Shown: positions 21,564 through 30,817, counted from the stretch's first letter. The stretch is 32,000 nt of DNA from Candidatus Electronema halotolerans (GCA_942493095.1 OW818675.1:1800001-1832000); one strand, 5' to 3'. Numbers and translations are program-made. Notes: generated by a model not told the origin, from the sequence alone.

Positions 21564-22664
21564 ATGGAATCTCTCATCGAACAGGCTGGCCTTGCTGACA
21601 TTCTTGTCAAAGTCAGAAACAAGGAGCGGCTTTCCCTTGAAGACGGCAGGCGGCTCTACGAATGCCCGGACCTGCTGGCAGTCGGCTGGTTAGCCAATCT
21701 GGTCCGCGAGCGCAAGAACGGCGGACAAGCCTTTTTTGTCTATAATCAGCACATCAACTATTCCAACATCTGCACCAATCTCTGCAGGTTCTGTGCCTTT
21801 GGCAAGGAAAAGGGGCACAAGCTGGCTTACGAGATGAGCATTGAGGAGATCAAGGACAAGGTGCGGCAGCGGCTGGACGAGCCGATCACGGAAGTTCATA
21901 TTGTCGGCGGCCTTCATCCTGACCTGCCTTATTCCTATTATCTTGAGATGCTGCGGGCAGTCAAGGAGGTGCGGCCTGATGTCCATATTCAGGCTTTCAC
22001 CTGCGTGGAAATCCAGCATCTGGCCGATTTGGCCGACAAGTCCGTGGGCGAGACCTTAGAGGAGCTGAAAGAGGCCGGGCTTGGCTCGCTGCCTGGCGGC
22101 GGGGCCGAGGTTTTCAGCCCCCGCATCCGCGAGCTGACCTGCCCGAAGAAGCTGGACGGCGCAGGCTGGCTGCGGGTGGCCAAGACCGCGCACCGGCACG
22201 GCCTGAAGACCAATGCCACCATGCTTTATGGGCATGTTGAAACTGTTGCCGAGCGACTGGAGCATCTTGATGCCCTGCGGCGGGCGCAGGATGAGACCAG
22301 CGGCTTCCTGACCTTCATCCCGCTGGCTTTTCATCCCAAAAACACAGAGATGGCTGATCTGTCCCGCACCACGGGCGTGAACGATCTGAAGAGCATTGCC
22401 GTGGCCCGACTGATGCTTGACAACTTCCCGCACATCAAGGCGTATTGGGTGATGATTGGTCCCAAACTGGCGCAGGTGGCCCTGTCCTTTGGCGCGGATG
22501 ACATGGACGGCACGGTCAAGGAGGAGGTCATCACCCAGATGGCGGGCGGCGAGAGCGGCCAGGCCTTGGGCCATAAGACATTGATCCGTCTGATCCGGGA
22601 GGCGGGCCGCGTGCCGGTTGAGCGCGACACCCTCTACAACGTCTTGGTCCGGCATGATGCCTGA
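21564..22664 (+). CDS. mqnE: Futalosine-pathway radical-SAM enzyme, probably aminofutalosine synthase MqnE (MqnC not excluded)
   Basis: FVYNQHINYSNICTNLCRFCAFGK carries the radical-SAM CxxxCxxC cluster in the context typical of the MqnE/MqnC/CofH group. The 366-aa length fits. The MqnE/MqnC choice rests only on my recollection of the N.HINY.N context. Confidence 0.65.
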   Translation: MESLIEQAGLADILVKVRNKERLSLEDGRRLYECPDLLAVGWLANLVRERKNGGQAFFVYNQHINYSNICTNLCRFCAFGKEKGHKLAYEMSIEEIKDKVRQRLDEPITEVHIVGGLHPDLPYSYYLEMLRAVKEVRPDVHIQAFTCVEIQHLADLADKSVGETLEELKEAGLGSLPGGGAEVFSPRIRELTCPKKLDGAGWLRVAKTAHRHGLKTNATMLYGHVETVAERLEHLDALRRAQDETSGFLTFIPLAFHPKNTEMADLSRTTGVNDLKSIAVARLMLDNFPHIKAYWVMIGPKLAQVALSFGADDMDGTVKEEVITQMAGGESGQALGHKTLIRLIREAGRVPVERDTLYNVLVRHDA

Positions 22665-23634
22665 AGCACTGCGAATCGGGACGGTGCAGCTTGCCAGTCC
22701 CTTTATTCTTGCGCCCTTGGCCGGTTACACCGACCTGCCGTTCCGCCTGCTCTGCCGCGAGGCCGGTGCCAGCCTGACTGTGTCAGAGATGATCAGCTGC
22801 CACGGCCTCAACTATGGCCAGCAGCAGACCTTGGCCATGCTCAAGAGCCTGCCAGAGGAGCGGCCTTGGGCAGTGCAGCTTTTCGGAGCCGAGCCGGAGA
22901 GCATGGGTCGGGCTGCCGCTTCAGTTGCGGCAATGCCTGTTGATATTATTGACATCAACATGGGCTGCCCTGTGCCCAAGGTGGTCAAGAAAGGCGCAGG
23001 CTCGGCCTTGATGAAGCCGGAGAACGTGGGGCTGGCTGAGGCGGTCATCCGGGCGGTGGTTCGCAATGCTGCGGACAAGCCAGTCACGGTCAAATTCCGC
23101 AGCGGCTGGGACGAGCAGTCAATCATTGCCCCGGAATTCGCCCGGATCTGCGAAGCTGCCGGAGCGGCGGCGCTGACCATTCATGCCCGCACCAAGGCCC
23201 AGCAGTTTGGCGGCAGGGCTGACCGGCAGATCATTGCCGCAGTCAAGCAGGCTGTGTCCATTCCAGTGATCGGCAACGGCGACATTTGCAGCCATGCGGA
23301 CGGACTGGCAATGATGACCGAGACTGGCTGCGATGCGGTGATGGTCGGACGGGCCGCCTTGGGCAATCCGTGGATTTTCCAGCCCAGCGGCAGACCGGAG
23401 ACGCTGGCCGGACGGCTGCCAGTCATCCGTCGCTATGCAGAGCTGGCCGAAGAGCATCTTGACGCAGCCCGGCTTCTTTCGCGCATCAAGCACCACACCT
23501 GCCGTTTTTTCAGCGGCCTGCCCGGAGCGGCCAACTTGCGGCAGGAGATCATTGCCTGCGCCAGTCTGGTAGAGATGCGGGAGCTGCTGGGGTGTATTCC
23601 AGGGCAAACGCATGACTTTTGCCCTGAGCTGTGA
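22654..23634 (+). CDS. dus: tRNA-dihydrouridine synthase
   Basis: MMPEALRIGTVQLASPFILAPLAGYTDLPFRLLCRE..., INMGCPVPKVVKKGAGSALM and IHARTKAQ are canonical Dus motifs. ATG 22654 overlaps the end of the preceding gene by 11 nt. Confidence 0.9.
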   Translation: MMPEALRIGTVQLASPFILAPLAGYTDLPFRLLCREAGASLTVSEMISCHGLNYGQQQTLAMLKSLPEERPWAVQLFGAEPESMGRAAASVAAMPVDIIDINMGCPVPKVVKKGAGSALMKPENVGLAEAVIRAVVRNAADKPVTVKFRSGWDEQSIIAPEFARICEAAGAAALTIHARTKAQQFGGRADRQIIAAVKQAVSIPVIGNGDICSHADGLAMMTETGCDAVMVGRAALGNPWIFQPSGRPETLAGRLPVIRRYAELAEEHLDAARLLSRIKHHTCRFFSGLPGAANLRQEIIACASLVEMRELLGCIPGQTHDFCPEL

Positions 23635-23653
23635 GGGCTGTTCATTGCCGCAT

Positions 23654-24679
23654 TCAGAGCCACTTCTTCCGCTTGAAGTATATGGTCAGGCCAAAGGCGA
23701 TGGCCAGCATCAGGCCCCAGACCGCGCAGTAGCCGAACCGCCAGCGCAGCTCCGGCATCTGCTCAAAATTCATGCCGTAAACACCGACAATGAAGGTCAG
23801 AGGAATAAAGATGGTGGAGATGATGGTCAGCATTTTCATGATCTCATTCATGCGGTTGCTGATGCTGGACAGATAGGTGTCGTGCAGGCCGCTGAGAATG
23901 TCCCGGCAGGTCTCGGCCATGTCGATGATCTGGATGCTGTGATCGTGCAGGTCGCGCCAGAAAATGCCTGTCTCCTCATGCACCAAGGACGAGCCGCTTT
24001 TGGCAATCTTGCCCACGCCCTCGCGGAAGGGCCAGACCGCCTTGCGCAGCTTGAGAATGTCGCGTTTGAGGTGATGAATCTCTTGAATATCCTCGCTTCT
24101 CGGCTCGGTCAGGATTTGTTCGTCAATATCCTCAATCCGGTCGCTGATTCGCTCGACGATCAGGAAATATTGATCCACCACTGCGTCCATCAGGGAATAG
24201 GCGAGATAATCCGCGCCCAAGAAGCGGATGCGGTCAGCTGCGGCCCGGATGCGGCTGCGCACCGTGTCAAAGACATCGCCCGCATCCTCTATAAAAGAAA
24301 GCACATAGTTCTCACCCAGAATCAGACTGACATGCTCAATAAGCAGGCTGCTGGCCGCCTCGTTCCAGGTCATCATCTTGAAAACAATGAACAGATGCTG
24401 TGGGAATTCTTCGATCTTGGGCCGCTGGGTGGTGTTGACAATATCCTCCAAGGTCATCGGGTGGATGCCGAAGCAGCTGCCCAATGCCTCGATCAGGCTG
24501 AGGTCATGCACGCCGCTGACATTCATCCACGTGATGCCGGGCAGTTTCGCTGACTCGACGCATTGCTGCACTGTGACATTGCCCAGCTCGTTCAGTCCGG
24601 TCTCGCTGTACTGAATCAGGTCAATCCGAGCCTGCTCCTGCCGCTGCTCGCCGATGAAAACCATTGTGCCAGGGGCCAT
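23654..24679 (-). CDS. corA: CorA magnesium/cobalt transporter; remaining ORF after loss of the first 20 codons to an IS insertion
   Basis: YGMNFEQMPEL (GMN motif), two C-terminal TM helices and a KRKKWL end resemble Thermotoga-type CorA throughout. The frame stays open upstream of ATG 24679 (LPKKKKRKPSGSGIKSG) until a TAG created by the IS end. See the finding at 24719-26348. Confidence 0.9.
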   Translation of the reverse strand: MAPGTMVFIGEQRQEQARIDLIQYSETGLNELGNVTVQQCVESAKLPGITWMNVSGVHDLSLIEALGSCFGIHPMTLEDIVNTTQRPKIEEFPQHLFIVFKMMTWNEAASSLLIEHVSLILGENYVLSFIEDAGDVFDTVRSRIRAAADRIRFLGADYLAYSLMDAVVDQYFLIVERISDRIEDIDEQILTEPRSEDIQEIHHLKRDILKLRKAVWPFREGVGKIAKSGSSLVHEETGIFWRDLHDHSIQIIDMAETCRDILSGLHDTYLSSISNRMNEIMKMLTIISTIFIPLTFIVGVYGMNFEQMPELRWRFGYCAVWGLMLAIAFGLTIYFKRKKWL

Positions 24680-24718
24680 GCCAGACTTGATGCCGGAGCC
24701 GCTGGGCTTTCTTTTTTT

Positions 24719-24726
24719 CTTTTTCG
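24719..24726. repeat. Target-site duplication, left copy (CTTTTTCG)
   Basis: Identical 8-mers directly abut both inverted-repeat ends of the IS66-family element (24719-24726 and 26328-26335). Confidence 0.85.
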
Positions 24727-24790
24727 GTAACTACTCAGGCATCCGCCAAGCCTCTTGACAAAATCAACAGGTAAAGATTATGCTGCCGTT

Positions 24791-26263
24791 ATGAATTTCA
24801 GTGTTCCTAGTGAAAAAGAAGTCCGTGCTGCATACGCAGAAGGCGAAGAAGCGGTCGTCGCCCTGTTTAGCAGTATAACTGCGCAGGTTGAAAACCTCGC
24901 CGCTCAGTCAGCCAAGCAGTCCGAGATATTGAAGGATTTGCAGGCCCGGCTGTCGAAAAACAGTCGGAACAGCGGGAAACCGCCTTCGAGCGATGGATAC
25001 GGTAAAGCGAAGCGAACGGAAAGTCTGAGAGAGTCCGGCAGGAAGCCGAACGGCGGCCAGCCAGGTCATCAAGGGCATACTCTTGAGCGGTCTGCGGCAC
25101 CGGATTCTACGGAGAGGTATAAACCCGAGGAATGCGCGGCTTGCAAAATGTCGCTTGCGGATGTCGTCGCTGTCGGAGAGGAGGAACGGCAGGTTTATGA
25201 TATTCCGGCGATTCGGATTGAAGTGACCTCGCATCGAGCGGAAATAAAAATCTGTCCCGGCTGCGGCACGGAAAACAGAGGCAAATTCCCGGAAAACGTC
25301 GGACAGGGCATCCGTTACGGCACGGGGGTGAAAACTTGGGCGGCATATTTCGCGAACCAGCATCATATTCCGCTTGAACGGGCTGCGCAGATTATCGAAG
25401 ACCTGACCGGGCATTCCGTCTCCGAGGGTTCGCTGCTGAAGGCATCGGAAGAGCTTTGCGGATGCGTGCGTCCTTCAACGGAAGCAGTCGAAAAACTGCT
25501 CATGAATACCGATGTGTTACATGCCGATGAAAGCGGAGTCCGCGTGAAAGGGAAGCTGCACTGGCTGCATGTCGCTTCGACAGACTGCCTCACCCATTAT
25601 TCGGTGCATGAAAAACGGGGAAAAGAGGCGATGGACGCAGCGGGAATCCTTGGAAAGTTCACAGGAACAGCGACGCATGATCATTGGAAATCGTACTTCA
25701 GCTATGAAAACTGCGGTCATGCGCTGTGCAATGCGCATCATCTCCGGGAACTCAAGTTCATAGAAAAACAGTATGGACAAGTTTGGGCCGGCGAGATGGC
25801 CGAGCTGTTGCTTGAAATAAAAGGCGCGGCTGAAAAGCTGAAGCCGGATCGGGACGGCTTCGCGCCGGAGAAGATCGAAGAATTTGAGCGGCGGTATGAT
25901 GAAATCGTCCGACGGGGTTTTGCCGACAATCCGTTCACTCCGCCTAAGGAGAAAAAACGAGGACGGGCGAAGAAGACTCCGCCGCTCAATTTGCTGACAC
26001 GGATGCGTGATTACAGGGCGGAGACCCTCGCATTCATGTATGATTTCCGGGTTCCGTTCGACAACAACGCGGCGGAAAGAGATGTGCGGATGATCAAGGT
26101 CAAGCAGAAGGTTTCCGGCTGCTTCCGAACACTTGAGGGAGCAGAACGATTCGCCTGTATCCGGGGATATATCTCCACGGTCCGTAAAAATTCAAGAAAC
26201 ATTTTTGAAGCGATCAAAGATGCTTTCCTTGGAAGTCCTTTTATCCCCGATGCCGCAGTATAA
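24791..26263 (+). CDS. IS66-family transposase (TnpC-type DDE, 490 aa)
   Basis: The protein begins MNFSVPSEKEVRAAYAEGEEAVV.... Zinc-finger pairs CAACK...CPGCG, HADESGVRVKGKLHWLHV and CNAHHLREL are IS66 TnpC signatures. The 24755 start is an alternative-codon extension. Confidence 0.92.
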   Translation: MNFSVPSEKEVRAAYAEGEEAVVALFSSITAQVENLAAQSAKQSEILKDLQARLSKNSRNSGKPPSSDGYGKAKRTESLRESGRKPNGGQPGHQGHTLERSAAPDSTERYKPEECAACKMSLADVVAVGEEERQVYDIPAIRIEVTSHRAEIKICPGCGTENRGKFPENVGQGIRYGTGVKTWAAYFANQHHIPLERAAQIIEDLTGHSVSEGSLLKASEELCGCVRPSTEAVEKLLMNTDVLHADESGVRVKGKLHWLHVASTDCLTHYSVHEKRGKEAMDAAGILGKFTGTATHDHWKSYFSYENCGHALCNAHHLRELKFIEKQYGQVWAGEMAELLLEIKGAAEKLKPDRDGFAPEKIEEFERRYDEIVRRGFADNPFTPPKEKKRGRAKKTPPLNLLTRMRDYRAETLAFMYDFRVPFDNNAAERDVRMIKVKQKVSGCFRTLEGAERFACIRGYISTVRKNSRNIFEAIKDAFLGSPFIPDAAV

Positions 26264-26274
26264 AAAACGAGTAA

Positions 26275-26309
26275 GGCCGTCTTCAGCACTTCTGAAAACG
26301 GCCTTTTTT
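26275..26309 (+). terminator. Hairpin plus T-run at the 3' end of the transposase gene
   Basis: GGCCGT.TTCAG (26275-26286) pairs with CTGAA.ACGGCC (26292-26303). TTTTTT follows at 26304-26309. Confidence 0.6.
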
Positions 26310-26327
26310 GTCAGGCTGAGTAGTTAC

Positions 26328-26335
26328 CTTTTTCG
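26328..26335. repeat. Target-site duplication, right copy (CTTTTTCG)
   Basis: See 24719-24726. Confidence 0.85.
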
Positions 26336-26348
26336 TTGATCGGGACAT
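26336..26348 (-). other. Detached first codons of corA (ATG TCC CGA TCA A..)
   Basis: After removing the IS and one TSD copy, the minus strand reads ATG TCC CGA TCA ACG AAA AAG AAA AAA AGA AAG CCC AGC GGC... This is in frame with corA. Confidence 0.75.
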
Positions 26349-26412
26349 TGTCTCAAGCTGCTTTGTTCAGGGCAGGTCAGCAAAGGCGGCAGAAGCTGCC
26401 TGCCGCCCATCG

Positions 26413-26474
26413 TCAAACCATGCCCGCCGCCTTGAGCAGACTGCTTTCCGGCGTGCCGAACCAAGTTCCTGCGC
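26413..26474 (-). repeat. 62-nt pseudo-copy of the 3' end of pgi
   Basis: TCAAACCATGCCCGCCGCCTTGAGCAGACTGCTTTCCGGCGTGCCGAACCAAGTTCCTGCGC matches 29202-29264 (TCAAACCATGCCCGCCGCTTTCAGCAGACTGCTTTCCGGCCTGTCCGAGCCAAGTTCCTGCGC). There are 4 mismatches and one 1-nt indel, in the same orientation. Confidence 0.8.
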
Positions 26475-27634
26475 CCTGGTGGGTTGCAGCGAGTTGTCAC
26501 CTGTCGGCGGTCAGCACCTTGATGGCCTTTTGCCCCAGCTCGGTCGTGTGCATCATCTGGCCGAACTGGGCCGCAACCTTGGACGGGCCATAGGTCAGAA
26601 CTGGCACAGGCTCATTGGTGTGCGTGCCGGTGGCCCAGACCACAGACTGATATTTTGACTGAATACGCCCGATGATGTCCGCCCGCACCTTTGCTCCGTA
26701 CACGTAGAACTCTTCAAAGTCGTCGATTTTGGGAAAGGTCTTCGCACCTAAATATTCATGCCCTTCCACATAATATTTGTTCGGCTCCTCCTGCAAGACC
26801 TTGGCCGCTTCAGCTTTGCTGACAGGAAAGGCGGTGTTCTCGTTGATCAGTTCAGCAAGAGCGGCTGAAGTCTGCTTCTTCTTTGGCAGGGCATCAAACT
26901 GGGCCAGAATGGTCTGATAGCTTGCTTTTTGGGCATACAGCTTGTCCAGCACATCGTGCGGCACGAAATTATATTTTGGCGCAAACAATTCCTCTTGAAA
27001 CAGAACACCCGGCAGAGCCTTTGCCTGCGGCAGATTGCGGCGATTATAGCTGAAACCGAAGCCGCCAGTGGTGTGATCAGCCAGCACGACCAGCAGGGTG
27101 TCATCGCGCTGCTTGACCCAATCAAGAATAACGCGCAAGGTTTCGTCCATGACCAGCAGTTCATGCAGCAACCAGCCAGCATCATTGGCATGTTCCGCCT
27201 GATCAATCTGTCCGGCCTCGACCATCAGGAAAAAGCCGTTCTGCTGCTGGGCCAGCGTGGCAAGGGCCTTTTGCGTCATCTCTTTCAATTTAGGCACAGT
27301 GCGTTGCGGATTGTTCTGTTCCGCCTGCTGCTGCAAGGCATCCGGCATCATCGAACTGCTGAACAGGCCTAAAATTTTTCCACCCGCAGCCTGTTCAAGC
27401 TGCTGTTTGGTGAAAGCGACTGCGTAACCTTTCTGTTCAGCCTCGGCAATCAGATTGCGGCTGTCTTTGCGGGCAGATTTCAGCTCCACCGCGCCGCCGG
27501 TCATCTTGGCCAGTTCCTTATGGACCGCACTTGCAGTCTCGCCAGCTTCTTGCGGAATAAAATAACGCAGGCCGCCGGAGAGCATTACATCCGCGCCGTT
27601 GTTGAGCAGATCAACAGCAATTTCGTTCTCCTTA

Positions 27635-28677
27635 TAGCGGTTTCAGGTTGTATGGTTATCAGAAAAAGATTAAACTTGACTTGTCTGTTTTTTCCATTTT
27701 TTTACACACGGAGGTCTGCCATGATTTATTCTATTGATTTCAGAAAGAAAGTCTTGTCTGTTTATGAAAAACAGAAATCATTGAGAAGAACTGCAGATTT
27801 GCTTGACGTTTCCTATAAATTTGTTCAAAGTCTTGTAAAAAGATGGAAGACTGAGGGGACGCTTGAGCCGAAGCCTCATAAAGGCGGAAATCCTCCGAAA
27901 ATCAAGGAAGTTCATATGCCTTTTCTGACCAGCATGATTGATGACGAGAACGATCTTACGCTTGAAGAGATGTGTGATCGCTTATACGAGAAATTCAATT
28001 TAAAAATAGCACCTTCCACGCTGTGCGAAACTCTCGCCAGACTGAAAATCAGCCGGAAAAAAACTTTCCGCGATCCGGCGGCGTATAAAGAGGAAAATAT
28101 AGCAAAGACAGTTAATTACCTTGCAGGCCTGCTCGAGGCTGACAAAAAGAATTTCATCTTTATTGATGAGACAGGATGCTGTTTGAACATGTCGAGAAAA
28201 TTTGCAAGATCAAGAAAAGGAACAAGAGCTTTTTCAAAAAGACCTTCAGGTAAAGGGAAAAGAATAAGCATGATAGGAGCTGTAAAGTTTGGAAAAATAT
28301 TGAAGTGCATGAAATTTAAAGGCACCATGACAGGAGATGTCTTTTATTTCTATATAAAAAATTATCTTTTGAAATATCTTGACAGCAGCAAGACAGTCGT
28401 TCTTGACAATGCCAGTCCTCATAAAAACAAAGAAGCTCTCGCTTTGATCAGAAGTACAGGAGCGAAGATCATTTTCCTCCCTCCTTATCGTCCTGAACTG
28501 AACCCTATTGAATACTGCTGGTCAGTAATGAAAAACACTATAAGAAAATTGAAGCCGAGAACAGAGCGTGAGCTGATGGAAGCTTATGATATATCTCTGA
28601 AAACGGTTAAGTCAAAATCAATCAAATCGTTTTTCCGTCATTGCTGGGTTTGATATCTGTTCAATACGAAACCGCTA
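27635..28677 (+). mobile_element. IS630-family (Tc1/mariner-like) insertion sequence, 1043 bp
   Basis: Inverted repeats: TAGCGGTTTC at 27635-27644, and GAAACCGCTA ending at 28677, with further imperfect matches inward to about 27 nt. It is flanked by TA/TA (27633-27634 and 28678-28679). It is AT-rich, with 17 G+C in 28261-28320. Confidence 0.88.
27721..28653 (+). CDS. IS630-family transposase (310 aa)
   Basis: GGAGG lies 6 nt before ATG 27721. An N-terminal HTH region is followed by the DDE triad context FIDETG, VLDNASPHK and LPPYRPELNPIEYCW. The 27520 start in the track runs in from outside the element. Confidence 0.9.
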   Translation: MIYSIDFRKKVLSVYEKQKSLRRTADLLDVSYKFVQSLVKRWKTEGTLEPKPHKGGNPPKIKEVHMPFLTSMIDDENDLTLEEMCDRLYEKFNLKIAPSTLCETLARLKISRKKTFRDPAAYKEENIAKTVNYLAGLLEADKKNFIFIDETGCCLNMSRKFARSRKGTRAFSKRPSGKGKRISMIGAVKFGKILKCMKFKGTMTGDVFYFYIKNYLLKYLDSSKTVVLDNASPHKNKEALALIRSTGAKIIFLPPYRPELNPIEYCWSVMKNTIRKLKPRTERELMEAYDISLKTVKSKSIKSFFRHCWV

Positions 28678-29201
28678 TAGCGCGGCGGCTTTGATGCGCG
28701 GCAAAAGCGGCAGGAGTGGCATGAGTCAGGCGGGTGTCTGAGACCAGACCGGTCGCCTTGCCCATCTTCTTGGCCTTTTCCAAAATGGTTTCAACCGGAT
28801 TGCCCTGCGCATCCGCCCCGATCATTTCCGAACCGGCAGCCTTGCCGCTGGCGATCTGGGTTGCCGAAGCGGCTGAATCCGTAACCAGCACATTGGCCGC
28901 CTCATGCGAGGCAAAACCGATCACACCGGTGTCGGCCAGCTCCTCCAGTGCGGTTTTTGTTCCAGCAGCTTTGTACGGCGAGCTGGCGGCATATTTGGCG
29001 TAGCTGTCTAACAATCCAACCGCCGGAAAACCCATGCCGTCACCGATCATGAAAATGACATTGCGAATTTTCGGCTCAGGCTGCACCTGCGCAACCTGTT
29101 TTTTCTCCGGTGCGGCGCAGCCAGTGAACAGCAAGGCTGTTGCCAAGACCGCAAGACAGATTCTCTGCGGCACCATAAAAGTCATCACGTCATCTCCTTT
29201 C

Positions 29202-30800
29202 TCAAACCATGCCCGCCGCTTTCAGCAGACTGCTTTCCGGCCTGTCCGAGCCAAGTTCCTGCGCACCCGCCATTGCTCCCAGCAGCCGGTCGGCGAGCAC
29301 CTTGCCGAGCTGCACGCCCTCCTGATCAAAGGAGTTGATGTTCCAGCAGAAGCCTTGCAGAGCAATCCGGTTCTCGTACAATGCCAGCAGCGCGCCCATT
29401 GCGTAAGGCGTGAGCTGCTCGGCAATGAGCACCGAGCTGGGCCGGTTGCCTGCAAAGTGTTTGTTCGGATTGTCATGCTCGCGGCCTTGGGCCATTGCCA
29501 GAGACTGCGCCAGCATGTTGGCAACCAGCTTCTGCTGCGAGGTGGTGCCTTTGACCGTGATGTCGCGTCCGTGCTGCGAGCGCCGGAAGCCAATGAATTC
29601 TGCCGGGACGATTTCTGTGCCCTGATGGAGGAGCTGGTAAAAGGCGTGCTGGCCATTGGTGCCTGGCTCGCCCCAGACGATGGGGCCGGTTTTCCACGTC
29701 ACCGCCGTGCCAAGGCGGCTGACCTGCTTGCCGTTGCTCTCCATGTCGCACTGCTGGAGATGAGCCGGAAAGCGGAGCAAGGCTTGGCTGTAAGGCAGGA
29801 CGGCCACGGTATTGCAGCCAAGGAAATTGCGGTTCCATATCCCCAGCATGGCCATCAGCAAAGGCAGGTTGTCACGCATGGAACTGCTTTCAGCCACCTT
29901 GTCCATGTCGTTTGCCCCGCGCAGCAGCTCGACAAAGGCATCATAGCCAAGGGCAAAACCGAGCGTCACTCCGCCGACCATTGACGTGACAGAATAGCGG
30001 CCTCCGATGTAGTCGTACATATAGAACGAGGCAAGATACTTGGCCGGATCGTCCATCGGGCTGCCCGCGCCTGTAACCGCGATGAGATGCTTGGCCGGAT
30101 TCAGCCCGGCCTCAGTCAGGGCCGCCCGGACCAAGTCCTCGTTGGTGCGGGTTTCAAGGGTAGTGCCGCTCTTAGAAACTACGTTGATCAGGGTGCGGGA
30201 CAGATCAAGGCTGGCCAGCACAGCCGCAGCGTCGTCCGGGTCAACATTGGCGATGAACTTGGCCGAACGTCCTGGCAGACAGTATTTCTCCAAGGCTAAA
30301 TACAAGGCGCGGGGGCCGAGGTCAGAGCCGCCAATGCCCACTTGCAGCATGGTGGTGAACGGTTCGCCTTTGGCATTGCAAATTGCGCCGCTTTCTATCT
30401 CGGCAAGAAAGGCTTGCAGCCGAGCGAGCTGCTCCTTGGCCTGCGCAGTCGCTTCCGGGGCAAGGGGCGCATCGCTGAAAATATCCCGGCAGGCGGTGTG
30501 CAGAACCTGCCGCTCCTCGCTGGCATGACCGACGATCCGGTTCATGACCTTGCCGCGCTTCATGGCCTTGAACTGGTCAACCAAGCCAGCCTCGTCCGCC
30601 AAATCCTGCAAGGCGGTCAGGACACTGTCATCAACCCGCTGCGTTCCATAAAGCAGATCAAAACCGCAGGCTGAGGCTCGACAAGCAGCAATCCGTTCCG
30701 GCGGCAAACTGTCAGACCGGGCCAGATTACAGGGATTCTGCGCCAGCTCTGTCAGCCACTGGACGGTCTTCAGTTCGACAAAATTCTTCCAATGCTTCAT
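29202..30800 (-). CDS. pgi: Glucose-6-phosphate isomerase (532 aa)
   Basis: VGIGGSDLGP, SKSGTTLET, GGRYS and WGEPGTNGQHAFYQL are canonical PGI motifs. AGGAG lies 6 nt before ATG 30800. The 30821 start is a short extension. Confidence 0.93.
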   Translation of the reverse strand: MKHWKNFVELKTVQWLTELAQNPCNLARSDSLPPERIAACRASACGFDLLYGTQRVDDSVLTALQDLADEAGLVDQFKAMKRGKVMNRIVGHASEERQVLHTACRDIFSDAPLAPEATAQAKEQLARLQAFLAEIESGAICNAKGEPFTTMLQVGIGGSDLGPRALYLALEKYCLPGRSAKFIANVDPDDAAAVLASLDLSRTLINVVSKSGTTLETRTNEDLVRAALTEAGLNPAKHLIAVTGAGSPMDDPAKYLASFYMYDYIGGRYSVTSMVGGVTLGFALGYDAFVELLRGANDMDKVAESSSMRDNLPLLMAMLGIWNRNFLGCNTVAVLPYSQALLRFPAHLQQCDMESNGKQVSRLGTAVTWKTGPIVWGEPGTNGQHAFYQLLHQGTEIVPAEFIGFRRSQHGRDITVKGTTSQQKLVANMLAQSLAMAQGREHDNPNKHFAGNRPSSVLIAEQLTPYAMGALLALYENRIALQGFCWNINSFDQEGVQLGKVLADRLLGAMAGAQELGSDRPESSLLKAAGMV

Positions 30801-30817
30801 GATCATCTCCTTTTTTT

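Larger units (their letters stand above)
24727..26327 (+). mobile_element. IS66-family insertion sequence, single-ORF (ISBst12-like) type, 1601 bp
   Basis: Terminal inverted repeats: GTAACTACTCAG at 24727-24738, and CTGAGTAGTTAC ending at 26327. It has an 8-bp direct duplication CTTTTTCG, one transposase ORF and an internal terminator. Confidence 0.87.
26497..29188 (-). pseudogene. Alkaline phosphatase (PhoA-family lipoprotein) interrupted by an IS630-family element
   Basis: The N-terminal piece (28678-29188) has the lipobox LLFTGC, FMIGDGMG and the active-site VTDSAASAT. The C-terminal piece (26497-27634) has EAGQIDQAEHAND, LADHTTGG and GTHTNEPVPV. Removing 27635-28677 plus one TA joins them in frame (...AAHQSRRA-KENEIAVDLLNNGADVMLSGG...). 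Confidence 0.88.

Noticed and set aside
23612-24553. 313-aa plus-strand ORF
   Set aside because: It is antisense to corA, which has the GMN motif and full-length similarity to known CorA. No motif or SD supports it.
26336-26593. 85-aa plus-strand ORF between the IS66 element and the phosphatase gene
   Set aside because: It starts at a non-ATG codon with no SD. It overlaps the pgi-tail pseudo-copy and the phosphatase 3' end in antisense. The region is better explained as the original corA leader.
29034-29984. 316-aa plus-strand ORF
   Set aside because: It runs antisense across the phosphatase start and the pgi 3' half. Both sense genes are well supported.
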